A stretch of 59,988 nucleotides of DNA, counting the filler, from Sanchytrium tribonematis (taxonomy: Eukaryota), in the NCBI GenBank assembly GCA_018985235.1. It is 6 parts of 6 records of this genome, joined end to end, with 100 filler letters (N's around TTAATTAATTAA, not from the genome) between each part and the next. Parts side by side here need not be neighbours in the genome. Positions count along the whole stretch, not along the records: positions 1 to 29,507 come from JADGIG010000054.1; 5 more parts are not named here. One strand, 5' to 3'. A program made the translations under genes and the position numbers. Every line of letters starts with the position of its first letter. The first letter of the stretch is position 1. Below are positions 11,390 through 22,632 of the stretch, in pieces. A model generated the notes under the pieces. The model saw only the letters and a list, made by a program, of their open reading frames with translations, searched no databases and was not told the DNA's origin.

Positions 11390-12479
11390 ATGGAATACAC
11401 CTTGACTAGCTTAAAAAACGAATTCGGTGATCAATGGAAAAGTGCATTAATGGATATGCTCGAAGATCCACATCTGGAGTTGCTGAAGATACAATTGCAA
11501 CTAGTTGAAGAAACAATTCAACCAACAGGATTAAAATCTCCTACATTTGCCGCGACAGCTGATCCACAGGACAAAATAGTTATTTTTGAGAAGAGCAAGG
11601 ACCACAAGGCCCCTTCTAGATGGCAACACAAAAGTCATCATTTTGTCTATCTTGGTTCTCAGGCTAAAAAAGGCTCCGTTAAATCACATGGCTATAGTAG
11701 ACATGATTCAAAGAGAGAGGCAGCAGAGACTATTGCAGAAGCACTCGAACATTATGATGAAAAGCCGTTAAAGTATTCTAGCAATGTAAAAGTGAATGTA
11801 GTAGAAGCAGTTGAAAGTGAGGAAAAGCCCCGGAATGCTGAAGAAAGCAGTAAGTTCGGCCTGGGCTCGAAATACATTCAAGTTAATATGGAGGCATTTG
11901 ACAACTCAGACGCTTCCGGTTATATATTTGACACAGACTTAAAATTAGAAGATCTTAAATTGTCTGAGAATGATGAGCTAGTGAATGGATTTACTCATTC
12001 TAAATACGAGAAGTTCCACGATCGCTGTTTGCTCGATCGTTCCGAATATGGCAGGGACTCAGAGGTTATGAATATGCTATACTTATTTTGGAGCGACTAC
12101 TTGAAAGACCATTTTAACTTTAAAATGTACCGAGAATTCCGGGACTTATCTAATGATGACGCTGAAAATCATTACAGGTATCTTCTTTTAACTTAGAATT
12201 GGTATGGAACAGCTCTTTTCTTTTTATTTACATGGATTGTTGATAAAATTTAGACCAAAGGTGTTTCACGACTTTCAGACCAATGCCCTTCGTGATCATC
12301 GACGTGGATACGATGACGGATTTCATGCGTTCGCCATGTTTGTTCAAAACAAGCCCAAGTCACTAAATTTAACTTTACACCCTGATATCCAACACTATAT
12401 CAAAAAAACTTTGGGAAAGTCTAAAAAGCATTCATTAAATGTCAAAAATGAACAAGAATTCCCACCGTTAACTGCATAG
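11390..12479 (+). CDS. La-related protein 1-like, DM15 domain (2 exons: 11390-12177, 12197-12479)
   Basis: [56 protein letters not shown] matches DM15 repeats across the intron. Confidence 0.8.
12178..12196 (+). other. 19-nt spliceosomal intron
   Basis: GTATCTTCTTTTAACTTAG; joins the DM15 motif in frame. Confidence 0.9.
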
Positions 12480-12536
12480 CCAATAAAAAACGTCTAATTG
12501 TGAAACTTTGTTTGATATAGATAACTGAGAAATTTC

Positions 12537-13589
12537 ATGAGTCAAAACTTTCTATTAGAGTTTTTACGTACATACCCAACAAAGAGAATAGCTGCAAAAC
12601 TCTTGCAGAGAGAGACAGTAATTCTTTTGAATGCAGACAAGGTCGCGCACAAGTCACTAGCACTGGTACTTCAACATTTGGAAAAACTAGCTTTTGACCC
12701 CTTGGTAGTCATTCAATCCTCGAAGCAAAATACAATTAGAGAAAGTGTTCAACATTGCCTTTTAAAAGCAGAAGAAGTTGCTGGAGCAACAAAATTACCT
12801 ATTTTACACGGTCACTTGCATAATCATGGGGTAGTGCCATGTATAAAATCTACTGAGACTGGTTGGAAAACTGGTTGTGAAGTTAGCATCATTAAAGACT
12901 TGATGGAAAAATACAACGTCTCTAAAGTCTACAGATTCAAGGACCAAATTCAACAAAACGAAAAAAAATTTATTCAACAAGAAGGCTCTGACGATTTGAC
13001 CAATTTGCTACTGCAAGATAATACTTACAATTCTACTGTTGTTGACGTACCAGTCAAATTACCTGGAGAGGTCTTCAGACATTGTACAAATGGGAAATTG
13101 CAAAATGGTATAGAGTATAGACGAGGAATTCAAGTGTCCAAAAATGAATTTGAATCGCTTCACCTTAAACAACTTTTGGAAAATTCTTTCCAAAAGAGAT
13201 TTAAAAGTTGGAAAGAGTACGAGCAAGGTCTTAGAGAATCATCAGTATATGTTGCGGGAAATTATTTTGGGACTGCAATAGTACATAGTCTTTTGGGTAA
13301 GGTATCATATTTAGACAAATTTGCGGTACAAAAAGAACAGCAATCTTCTGGTGTCGCTGAGCTATTGTGGAATCATTTGCGCTCAAACCATAAAACACTG
13401 GCTTGGAGAAGCCGCTCGGATAACCCCGCGAATAGCTGGTATTTGGGCAAGTCAGACGGTAGCTTTTCCTTAAACGATAAATGGAAGCTATTTTGGTACG
13501 GTAATTTAGACCTTCATGGTGTTGATCACTTGCATCAATTAGTGGAAGAGATTCCATCAACGTTTTCAGAAGAAAACTTTAGTAAATAA
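12537..13589 (+). CDS. N-acetylglutamate synthase-like protein (Arg2 type, DUF619/NAT domain)
   Basis: LLENSFQKR, YLDKFAV...GVAELLW, WRSRSDNPANSWY..KSDG, WKLFWYG. Confidence 0.8.
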   Translation: MSQNFLLEFLRTYPTKRIAAKLLQRETVILLNADKVAHKSLALVLQHLEKLAFDPLVVIQSSKQNTIRESVQHCLLKAEEVAGATKLPILHGHLHNHGVVPCIKSTETGWKTGCEVSIIKDLMEKYNVSKVYRFKDQIQQNEKKFIQQEGSDDLTNLLLQDNTYNSTVVDVPVKLPGEVFRHCTNGKLQNGIEYRRGIQVSKNEFESLHLKQLLENSFQKRFKSWKEYEQGLRESSVYVAGNYFGTAIVHSLLGKVSYLDKFAVQKEQQSSGVAELLWNHLRSNHKTLAWRSRSDNPANSWYLGKSDGSFSLNDKWKLFWYGNLDLHGVDHLHQLVEEIPSTFSEENFSK

Positions 13590-13778
13590 TTTGTATAATT
13601 GCCCTGATTCGTGGATCTAAGTCGGTCTGATTGGAAGTCTGTGATTGGCCGTCAGACTTTATTGTTGTTAAAAGAGATTTGGTGATTTGCAAATTAAAGA
13701 ATGAATTTTTTTGATCGCCAATCTAATAATGAAGATATTGAATTGATGCTATATTTATGCGACTCTCAATAAATAAAA

Positions 13779-16041
13779 CTATGGCTCCAATTTTCTCTCC
13801 AGCTCTTCTGTTTCAAAATTTTTAATGTGCTCGACAGTCCAGATGGTGTTTCCAAGTTGTGCTTTTTGATCAAATGGTTGCGCCATTGTTCTAAAAAATT
13901 TTCTGGCCAATGTAATTCCCATGTCAGAAGATAAATTGATTGTGCCTTCATTGAATCCAGCATTTATCCATGCAGGAAGTTTGTTCCGCTTATCATTCCT
14001 CGCATATCTTTTGTCAGCAAAAACCATAAGACCGTAGTCAGTTTTACCTCTTAAAACTCTTCCAGCGGATTGAGCGGCGTGTCTCAGAGCATCAAAACTT
14101 AAAAAGTCATTTTCTCTGATTTGATAATTCTCTCTCAGAAATTCCAATCTGGCCTTCAATATTCTTGATTCAGTGTACTGATAAGGGATGCCAAAAAGTA
14201 TCACTGCTCGACCATAATTGTGATCAAAATCAATTCCCTCACTCACCTTTCCTCTTGCAACAGACAAAAGTATTGCACCTCTACCATTGTTACAAGCCGT
14301 TCGATAGTTCTCTAACGCCAAGCTCGTTTCCGCCGCATCTGGAGTTTCAATAAAGATTAATTTATGCTTCTACATTATTTAAAAATACCAACGCACTATT
14401 TAAAATTCCCATTTGAGACCAATCAGAAATAATAGACTCCATGTAAAGATAAGAAGGGAAAAAGCAAACCATTCCATCAGGAACGGTCTTGGCCATGTCG
14501 ATCAACAAATTTCCAAAATTCCTGACCACACTTGGATCATTTCTAATTTCATATCTTGAAGATATTGCAACTTGATCAGAGCCTCTCGAAATTACCATAG
14601 GACAAAAAGAGTTTCTTATCTGTGTCATAGGGTAAGCTTGGCTAAGAATTGGTGTAAATTGCAAAATCTTGGGATACATGTCCAATGGAGAAAGTGTTCC
14701 TGAGGTTATAATGACATTTCTAAATTTGGTAAAAACTGGTTTGATAGCAATTGATGCATCAAGGCAGCTGAGATGAAGCATCGGGTCAGGTATATCGGCT
14801 TGATCGTTCTCAAACGGTTCGAAGATTATACTAAATCCGTTGAGATACGTCGAAACGATTGTAGCAAATGTTGCTACACGCATTAGACTCGAATACTCAT
14901 CAATATCTTGAAGTTCAAGAGTACGAATAAGAGATTGCAAACGCTCAGCCGTAAATTGAAGAGGCTTCCGTTCAATCAAACAAATTTCCCTAACATGTGC
15001 CAAGAATGATAGAGGTGCTTCGACAACTACATGTTGTACCCTCATTCGTGTCTTCAAATATTCCACGAATCTCTTTAAAAATTGAACAAAGTGATCAGCT
15101 TGTCTTATATTACCAGGAACCGCCTCCGCCAAAATATCCTCAGGAAGAATAGGATTAGCCATAATTGCATCACTTTCCCTAGCGTCTGCCGCAGCCTGTA
15201 AGCCTTGAACCAATTTTTCATACTCTTTTTTCAATTTTGCTTCATCGGCTTGCTTGAGCGTTTTGACTTTCTCTTGTAGTGTGATTAGAGATTTAGCGCT
15301 ATTTTCAAGAGTAGAGCGGCCAATATCGACTGACATCGACTCGATGCAAACAGAATCAATATTGTGGCTTTCATCCATAATGACAATACTTTCTTTCGGT
15401 AAGTCTTTGCTGACTAATTCAGAAATTTTTGGATCTAAAAGGTAATGGTAACTATAAACCACCACATTCGCCATAGAAATGAGTCTTCTTGAGTAATAGT
15501 AAGGGCAATAGCCAATCTGCTTAGAGTATGATTTCAATTCATCTAAACTATAAACGCCTTCTAATGATTTAAATTCTAATTCCAACTTTTCATAATACGA
15601 ACATACATCTATACTTTGATCGCTTTTATGTTTGTCTCTCATGAACGAGGCTGTTAAATTTCTACATCTGGCATCAACGGCCTTTCCTTTCAATTTAGAT
15701 ACAATTGGGTGAACACAAAGATTTTTTCGGCTAGTTAACCCAATTCCTAGAAATGGAGTATTTGAATAACCCATTTGGTATAGTCTTTTCAGCTCTAGCA
15801 GAGTTTTCTCCATTTCATGAACAGTTCTTGAGCAATAAATTATTCGTCTATTGTGTTTCAATCCGTATGCCATGCAAACAGACAGTAGGCTGATTGTTTT
15901 GCCTGTTCCAGAGGGCATTTCTAATAATCCGTGGCCTTGACGGTCCAATACTCTCTTGATGTCTCTCATATATTTATATTGCTCAGGATATAAATATTCA
16001 TATGGAAAATAAACTTCTAATTCATCTAGAAAAAATTTCAT
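13779..16041 (-). CDS. RAD3: TFIIH helicase XPD/Rad3 (2 exons: 16041-14389, 14369-13779)
   Basis: [38 protein letters not shown]; splicing restores [14 protein letters not shown]. Confidence 0.97.
14370..14388 (-). other. 19-nt spliceosomal intron
   Basis: GTATTTTTAAATAATGTAG; restores conserved XPD sequence. Confidence 0.95.
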
Positions 16042-16052
16042 GGGGAAAAAGT

Positions 16053-16625
16053 TTATTGTAGCTTCACATTTGTAATTCCGTCAGCAGTAATTACTTGGCA
16101 TTGCCAATTTTTAAGGTTGATTGTAAATCTAGTTTTTAGTTCATGAATACATTTTTTCACAACATCGACGCATTCTTCTTTTGACATGTCCTTTTTATAG
16201 TATTTATCCATGGTAGACATGCAAAAATATTGGCTGTATCCCTGAGCACAGAAAGGAAGTTCCTGGATGCTGCCTAAATAATCTATCCAGTAGAGCTTGC
16301 CAACTTTGTCAAACCCTCCAATGACACAATTCACTTGATATGGTCTACTTCTTAAGCCTTCAGCCAGTTGTTGTTTAACGTAATGAGCACAAGCATTTGG
16401 TGTCAACTCATCATATCTAATCGAATAGAGCTCAATGTTTTTCTGAACGTAGTCAATAAATTGTCCACAGTCTCCAGGTTCTCCACCGTATGCCAAGACA
16501 GTATGATCTGTTAATTTGACAATTCTGTCGTGGGTATCTTTTAAAACTAAAATAGATCTTTGAGCATGAGTGTCTGTTGCAATGACGCAGCAATCTTTGC
16601 CTACTAAGCCGATAGTTTGCTCCAT
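16053..16625 (-). CDS. PRE1: 20S proteasome beta-4 subunit
   Basis: MEQTIGLVGKD, GEPGD, LRSRPYQVN, LYWIDYLG. Confidence 0.95.
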   Translation of the reverse strand: MEQTIGLVGKDCCVIATDTHAQRSILVLKDTHDRIVKLTDHTVLAYGGEPGDCGQFIDYVQKNIELYSIRYDELTPNACAHYVKQQLAEGLRSRPYQVNCVIGGFDKVGKLYWIDYLGSIQELPFCAQGYSQYFCMSTMDKYYKKDMSKEECVDVVKKCIHELKTRFTINLKNWQCQVITADGITNVKLQ

Positions 16626-16677
16626 GTTATGAAAAATAAATAGAAATTGATTTTTTCTAGGTACGCTGCTGAAACAG

Positions 16678-17757
16678 ATGTTAAAATTGGCATCCATTGT
16701 ACTTGTTGGTGTCATTGCCATATTGGGTGTGTATCTACAACAAACGATTAAGATAATAGGTGTATTCCGAGAAACTTATGAAAAGGGAGATTGTAAACCA
16801 TTACAACAAGGATTTTGTGAAAAAGCTGTCTCTTTTGAAGATAAGATTTATACAATATGCTCAACTTTTAAGAAAAGAAGCAAATATTATCCTACTTTGC
16901 ACGTTTTAAATGAAGATACTGAGCAACAAGACGAATTATTTGTTTACGATGGTAAATTAAGAAAAATAGAAATCGATTTTAAAAAAGGATTACTTGTTAA
17001 CGGATTTGACATCAAAAAATTTGGAAGTAAAGCCTTACTTGTAGCAACTAATGTTTTCAATCATACGGTTGAAGAGTTTGAATTGGGAGAGACATTGGTG
17101 CACAAACGAACTATCAAAAGTGATTTATTTCATGCTCTGGATGATGTTGCTATAGCTGGCAAAGGCCAATACGTAATCACGAATGATCATTCTGTTCAGG
17201 CAGCTGATAATTTGTTTTATCGCGTGTTGGAGGACACTTTTTCACTTCCAAATGGAAATGTAATTTTGTTCAAGGACGAAAAGGCATCTGTAATTATTGG
17301 TCATGTCCCTAATGCGAATAGCCTCTTATTGAAATATGAAGAAGGTTTGCAATTGTGGGTAAGCTCTCCGAGTGAAGGTGCAATTTTTAGATATAATTTC
17401 AACCCAGATGAAAATGATTACACCAATATCGATAGAATCAAATTAGACTTTCCACCCGACAATCTTTCACAACACAAAGGAGTTGTCCACATCGCTGGAA
17501 TGGTCAAAGCATTTAATACATTACAGGGAATTCTCAAACTTAGAAGCGGTGACGAGGATGCTTATTTTAAAACCGACCTAACTAGCCAAATTGTAGAAAT
17601 CAAAAATGAAACCTCGAATCAAAAATTCTTTGGGAATTTGTTTTCCAAAACAATTAAGGCGCAGTCTAGAAAATTGCATTTTAGCACTGGAGCTGTAAAA
17701 TATGAAAATGGATATCTAGTTACTGGTTTTAACACTTTGATGTTTTGCACTGAATAA
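16678..17757 (+). CDS. Paraoxonase/arylesterase-like beta-propeller protein
   Basis: N-terminal anchor, CEK, LDDVA...VITNDH, NANSL, PDNL. Confidence 0.75.
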   Translation: MLKLASIVLVGVIAILGVYLQQTIKIIGVFRETYEKGDCKPLQQGFCEKAVSFEDKIYTICSTFKKRSKYYPTLHVLNEDTEQQDELFVYDGKLRKIEIDFKKGLLVNGFDIKKFGSKALLVATNVFNHTVEEFELGETLVHKRTIKSDLFHALDDVAIAGKGQYVITNDHSVQAADNLFYRVLEDTFSLPNGNVILFKDEKASVIIGHVPNANSLLLKYEEGLQLWVSSPSEGAIFRYNFNPDENDYTNIDRIKLDFPPDNLSQHKGVVHIAGMVKAFNTLQGILKLRSGDEDAYFKTDLTSQIVEIKNETSNQKFFGNLFSKTIKAQSRKLHFSTGAVKYENGYLVTGFNTLMFCTE

Positions 17758-17930
17758 AAGAATTTATTTCTTGAAGCTGGTACTGTAAGTTGTCACAAAT
17801 CTCATCGATTTCTTCTGCTTCATTACTTCAGGTTCCACTGGCTTTACTTTTTCATTTCTTAGCCTTTCCAGTTCCTTTCGTGAAAATGAAATCATATTTG
17901 ACCTATTTTCTAAGAGGAGGAAACAAGAAA

Positions 17931-19127
17931 ATGTTGCAATGGATTATTACAATGTCGCTTCTAGGCTTTGCGTTTGAATTTTTCATCAATTATAGGCAAT
18001 ATAAGTACTTGAACATATTTCCCAGAGAGATTAAAGAATACTTTAATGAAGAAGAATACACCAAGAATAGAAACTATAAACAAGCACTAGTTCAGCTGCA
18101 TCTATTTGAACTGATTTGTTGCACCATATTTGACATTTACTTATTTACAAAGTACAATGAGATTTATAATTTCATACAGTTCCAAAGCAATTTTTTGCAA
18201 GCGATTGCCTTTTTGTGTGCAACATTTTTTTTGCATTACACTATGAAATTACCATTCGATTATTTTAAGCATTTCAGAATTGAGCAAATGTACGAATTTA
18301 ACAAAATGACGATCGGATTATATCTTAAAGATAAAGCAAAGTGGTCCGTAATGTTTGTCGTTTTGATTTCAATATTTTTGGGAATCTTGAATTTGGTAAT
18401 TGATATCAATATTTTTGTCATTTGGTTGAGTATTGTAGCATTCCAAGTCTTCATTCTTTATCTTGGACCATATATTATGGCTTTATTTAATGAATTTTCT
18501 TTGTGTAAGGATGACTTGAAAGATAAAATTAGTCATATGTGTGAAAAAGTCAACTATCCATTGGGTGGGGTGTATACCATGGATCAAGGTCAAAGAAGTA
18601 GTCATTCTAATGCGTTTATGTATGGGCTCTTTAAAAAATATATTGTACTTTTTGACACGCTATTATCTCAATTAAACGACTCTGAAATTGTAGCAGTTTT
18701 GAATCACGAGCTTGGTCACTGGTATTATTCACATGTCACCAAACTAGTTGTTCATCAATGCTTGTGGATACTCTTATTCTGTGTTGGATATCCACTATTT
18801 GTTGGATATTCTGATAGTTCATTAAAATGTCTGGAAAACAAATTGGTTGCATTTGTCATTTATTTTCAATTTTTAGGACCAATTGCAAATTTGATGCAGA
18901 TTTCTCAACATGCCATTACTAGAGTATTTGAATACCAGGCAGATAAATTTGCATTTGAGCATGGTTACGGTTTAGAATTATCGAGTGCCTTGGACAAACT
19001 TATGAGAAAGAACCTTGGTGTCTACAGCGAGTGGTTATACGCACTAACCAAAGAAAGTCATCCTAGAGTGCTTGAAAGACTATTCGTTTTGAAAGCATTG
19101 ATGTCAGAATCTAAAAAGACAAAATAA
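17931..19127 (+). CDS. STE24: CAAX prenyl protease, M48 zinc metalloprotease
   Basis: RSSHSNAF, IVLFDTL, HELGHW, EYQADKFA, SHP..LERL. Confidence 0.93.
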   Translation: MLQWIITMSLLGFAFEFFINYRQYKYLNIFPREIKEYFNEEEYTKNRNYKQALVQLHLFELICCTIFDIYLFTKYNEIYNFIQFQSNFLQAIAFLCATFFLHYTMKLPFDYFKHFRIEQMYEFNKMTIGLYLKDKAKWSVMFVVLISIFLGILNLVIDINIFVIWLSIVAFQVFILYLGPYIMALFNEFSLCKDDLKDKISHMCEKVNYPLGGVYTMDQGQRSSHSNAFMYGLFKKYIVLFDTLLSQLNDSEIVAVLNHELGHWYYSHVTKLVVHQCLWILLFCVGYPLFVGYSDSSLKCLENKLVAFVIYFQFLGPIANLMQISQHAITRVFEYQADKFAFEHGYGLELSSALDKLMRKNLGVYSEWLYALTKESHPRVLERLFVLKALMSESKKTK

Positions 19128-19140
19128 ATCCAGATATTTA

Positions 19141-19506
19141 CTAAAATAATTTTAGCAATAGCATAACCAGGAACAGCATGCTGGGATTTAATCCTGCACT
19201 ACTAGGTGCAAATCTGGGTCTAATCGCAGCAAATGTTTGAGTAGCCAGAATCTCTGTGCTTTTTCCATCAATGACTGTTTGCGTAGTCGCATAAGTAACA
19301 AAAAAATCCACAGTTTGGGATGCCGACAGACTGGTTACCTGATCAATTTTTTGTATAGTTTGCGCATTTGGGGGTGCTTGTGTTGGAAGCGGCGTAGACG
19401 ATGTGGGTGTCGATGATGATTTGGGAGGATTAGAAATTGGTGGCTGAGGGTTATTTGGAGGAGTAGTAGGCGTAGGCGGTGTTGTCGAAATAGTGTTGTT
19501 GGCCAT
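19141..19506 (-). CDS. Pro/Thr/Ser-rich small protein with hydrophobic C-terminus (GPI-signal-like)
   Basis: Low-complexity P/T/S tract; SSAG followed by hydrophobic tail. Confidence 0.6.
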   Translation of the reverse strand: MANNTISTTPPTPTTPPNNPQPPISNPPKSSSTPTSSTPLPTQAPPNAQTIQKIDQVTSLSASQTVDFFVTYATTQTVIDGKSTEILATQTFAAIRPRFAPSSAGLNPSMLFLVMLLLKLF

Positions 19507-19756
19507 TAAATTTCAATTGATTCTCCTGCTTTGTTACGATTTATCTCCAATGTGTAACGCATATGAGCCAAATATCGGACATGAGTGATTTCAAACATTT
19601 AGATTGTTTAGAAATAGGTTTCTTTGATATTCGAACGAGAAGATAGATGGACCTTGACTCTATAGGAGTATATTAATCCACATGCGACGTGGCTAAATTG
19701 AAGGGGTGAATTTTTAAATTTAAAACTCTATAAATAGCCAAGATGCCTTAATTCAT

Positions 19757-19948
19757 ATGGAAGGTAAAAAGCCTATGCGAACAGCTCATCATGTTCAAAA
19801 TAAAAGTCACTCTTCCAAAGATAAGCATGTAAAGGCACCTGAAAAACATTCTAAAGTGACAATGGATAAAAAAGAAGACGCAAATCACTTGCAAAAGCCG
19901 AATTTATTCATTGGAGACGTTTACTCCTACTATGGATCACATCAATAA
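19757..19948 (+). CDS. Small basic hypothetical protein
   Basis: ATG ORF after a TATAAAT element; ends CAATAAA. Confidence 0.35.
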   Translation: MEGKKPMRTAHHVQNKSHSSKDKHVKAPEKHSKVTMDKKEDANHLQKPNLFIGDVYSYYGSHQ

Positions 19949-20782
19949 ACTCCTATGACACCCAATTATACCTTTCACTATTAAATCTTTTTGATATTCT
20001 ATAGTCACGGGGGAGTGGTCAGGTTGTACTACCGCCCCATTAGCCTCTAGAATTGCTAAATATCCAGCAGCATGATCCCACACTTTTTCCACATAAGATT
20101 TAGGAGTTGCTCTTAAATAATACCCAACTTCGCCTCTGGCAACAATGACGTATTTGGCTTGACTATCCATCCTAACAATTTTATCTATTTTATGCTTGTT
20201 GACAAACTCATCAATGTCATGGGTATCAACATGGCTTGATTCAAACGACTGTGCCAAAGACGCGAGTGGTTTGCATTCGCATTTTAAACTATTTGAGATA
20301 TCCCATGGTTTATAGAGTGAGCTTTGATAGCAACCCTTGTCTTTAATGGCAACCATTAATGTTCCACGATCTTGGTCCGACATCGAAGGAAATCCCAAAT
20401 TAGGACAACCAATGATTGAAAACAGTACATTACCATCAAAGTAGGCTAAGCAGACCGCATATTGATCATCACGAATATAACCTTTTGTCCCATCTATTGG
20501 ATCCAAGATAAATCCTTTACTTCCTACATGCCTTTTATCAAAAATATCCCAGTTGACTTTAACGGGGGATATTTCATCTATTTCAGATCTTAATTCTAAA
20601 TTTGGTTTGCTTTCTTCTGAAATAAAATTATCGTTGAGCATCGTTGTAATGATGGCCTGACTAGTAAAATCAGCTAAAGTAACTGGACTCTGATCGGTTT
20701 TGGTATTTATTTTCTTGGGGAGCTTGGAAATGGTTTTACAAGCTACTTGAACGGCCTCAATTGCTATGCCTAATTTTTGCAT
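19937..20782 (-). CDS. MET22: 3'(2'),5'-bisphosphate nucleotidase, Hal2/Met22 family
   Basis: SPVTLADFTSQA, LDPIDGTKG, RMDSQAKY, EKVWDHAAG. Confidence 0.92.
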   Translation of the reverse strand: MQKLGIAIEAVQVACKTISKLPKKINTKTDQSPVTLADFTSQAIITTMLNDNFISEESKPNLELRSEIDEISPVKVNWDIFDKRHVGSKGFILDPIDGTKGYIRDDQYAVCLAYFDGNVLFSIIGCPNLGFPSMSDQDRGTLMVAIKDKGCYQSSLYKPWDISNSLKCECKPLASLAQSFESSHVDTHDIDEFVNKHKIDKIVRMDSQAKYVIVARGEVGYYLRATPKSYVEKVWDHAAGYLAILEANGAVVQPDHSPVTIEYQKDLIVKGIIGCHRSLLM

Positions 20783-20812
20783 GTTTGTAATTGTCTCCGT
20801 ACATATTTATTT

Positions 20813-21739
20813 CTATATTTTGCTTTTCACATTTTCTTTCTCAACATAGCTAATATAGGCATATAATAAACCACCTATCATAGCAATAGACATCCCTAAA
20901 ACATTATAAAATTCATAAATATAATCACGGAACATAAATAGACCAAAAATAAGTTGTATGTAACCTTTTACTTGGCCTAAAATAGATTGAGTTAGGGGAG
21001 AATTGATATTGGTATTGAAATATATCCCTACGTTCAACAAAAAAGAAAATAAGACACAAATAAACAAATTAAACAAAAACGCAGGGGTCATGTTATACTT
21101 CAATAAAGAATCTTGCATTCCCAAAGAAATAACCGCAGCCATTGGAAGCGATAGGATGTTGTTGTAATAAAGCAAAGTTAATGGCTCCATTTTAAGCATC
21201 TTGCCATAGTGTTTGACAAGTACAATATATAAGGCAGTCAAAAGATTCGCGATAATTGCAATAGTATATGAGAAAATATCAAAAGTCAAATCTTTCGCAC
21301 CCGCCAAGACTGTTCCAAAAATAATTACCGCAACGGAATATAAGATGTTTAAACTTGGAAGCCGCTGATACATGCGATATTCAACTAGTATTACCAGTAC
21401 GATTCCAGATCTTCGAAGTGTATTATATATTGGAATGTTGATGTACTGAAGAGCCATCAGTCCAAATAAAATATTGCTTAAATATATCATTGCTAGTGGA
21501 ATGATACGAATAAATTGGTCCTGTCTTATATTTTCAAGTTTGATAAATCCCAAGTGATGCAATATTCTAGTCAATAAAATCCCTGTTATGGATTGAAATA
21601 CAGTGAGTAATGTGGGAGAATCAAACCCAAAAGTTGCAAACATGTTTTTGTTGAATAAAACCAAAGTGATTGAAACAAACGAATAAAAAGATGCAACACC
21701 TACCTTGACCAAAGTTGTTGGTTCTTTGACTAGTACCAT
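20813..21739 (-). CDS. Nucleotide-sugar transporter (SLC35D/TPT family)
   Basis: LVLFNK, NIPIYNTLRR, LLYYNN, SPLTQSILG; about 10 hydrophobic segments. Confidence 0.88.
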   Translation of the reverse strand: MVLVKEPTTLVKVGVASFYSFVSITLVLFNKNMFATFGFDSPTLLTVFQSITGILLTRILHHLGFIKLENIRQDQFIRIIPLAMIYLSNILFGLMALQYINIPIYNTLRRSGIVLVILVEYRMYQRLPSLNILYSVAVIIFGTVLAGAKDLTFDIFSYTIAIIANLLTALYIVLVKHYGKMLKMEPLTLLYYNNILSLPMAAVISLGMQDSLLKYNMTPAFLFNLFICVLFSFLLNVGIYFNTNINSPLTQSILGQVKGYIQLIFGLFMFRDYIYEFYNVLGMSIAMIGGLLYAYISYVEKENVKSKI

Positions 21740-21781
21740 TTGATTTTTAATTTGCAACAGGGGTAATGATATAAATTTAGT

Positions 21782-22610
21782 TTAATTTATTTCTTTTGGC
21801 TGTTGATTGGAAATGGAGGGATATGCAGTGGCATATAATGTAGTTCCGAAATGGAATCTTTTGAAGCTTGTATTATTAAAGATCGATTGAATCATCTCAC
21901 CTACATTTCTATTAAATCTACATCCCCAATTTTGATTGTCGGCATTTCTGTCCAAATGATTATTTATAAATTCCCAATTTGAAGCATTGAAATCTGGTTT
22001 ATCTTTACAAGATTTCCCATGTTCTAGAAACAAAATCTTGCCATTTTTCTTAACAACACGAGACATTTCCAAAAGTGCCTTTTCTGGATTATCAAATGAA
22101 CATAACGTAAGTGTCGAAACAACTGTGTCAAAAGAATCATTTTCAAAAGGCAGGTCTTCAGAGTCGGCTTTTAAAGTTGAAATGGGAACCGAGTTTAGCC
22201 AGTATTTCCAAGAGGATTTTAATTTTTCTAATTTCGGAAAACTCTGTTCCAACATTTTCATTGAACCATCCGTCAGAGTCAGAGACTCCATTTTAAAATA
22301 CGGATAATATTTTAAATTTTTGTTAGTTCCGCTGCCTATTTCTAAAACTTTACCGTGACAATTCCACAATAGAAATCTCCGCAAGATTGGGATTCCAGTA
22401 AGTATTTCTTCGAAGTTTGTACTTTTGTCAAAATTGTCTGCAGCTCTGTCGTATATTTAATTTCTCATTTAATTTCTCATGCATATTATTACTGTTTTTG
22501 ATGACAGGCGCTGTATATGCTTCTTCCACTATTTTTTGCCCATATGAGTAACTGGTATATGTGACAGCGATACAGCCACTAATTACCAACACTGTACGAA
22601 ATCTACTCAT
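21782..22610 (-). CDS. SAM-dependent methyltransferase, Oms1/METTL7-like; frameshifted near 22455
   Basis: VLEIGSGT, LPFENDSFDTVV, ILFLEHG; the N-terminal ORF 22428-22610 is in another frame upstream of YDRAADNFD. Confidence 0.8.
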
Positions 22611-22632
22611 ACAAATTTATGACTAAGGAGTC

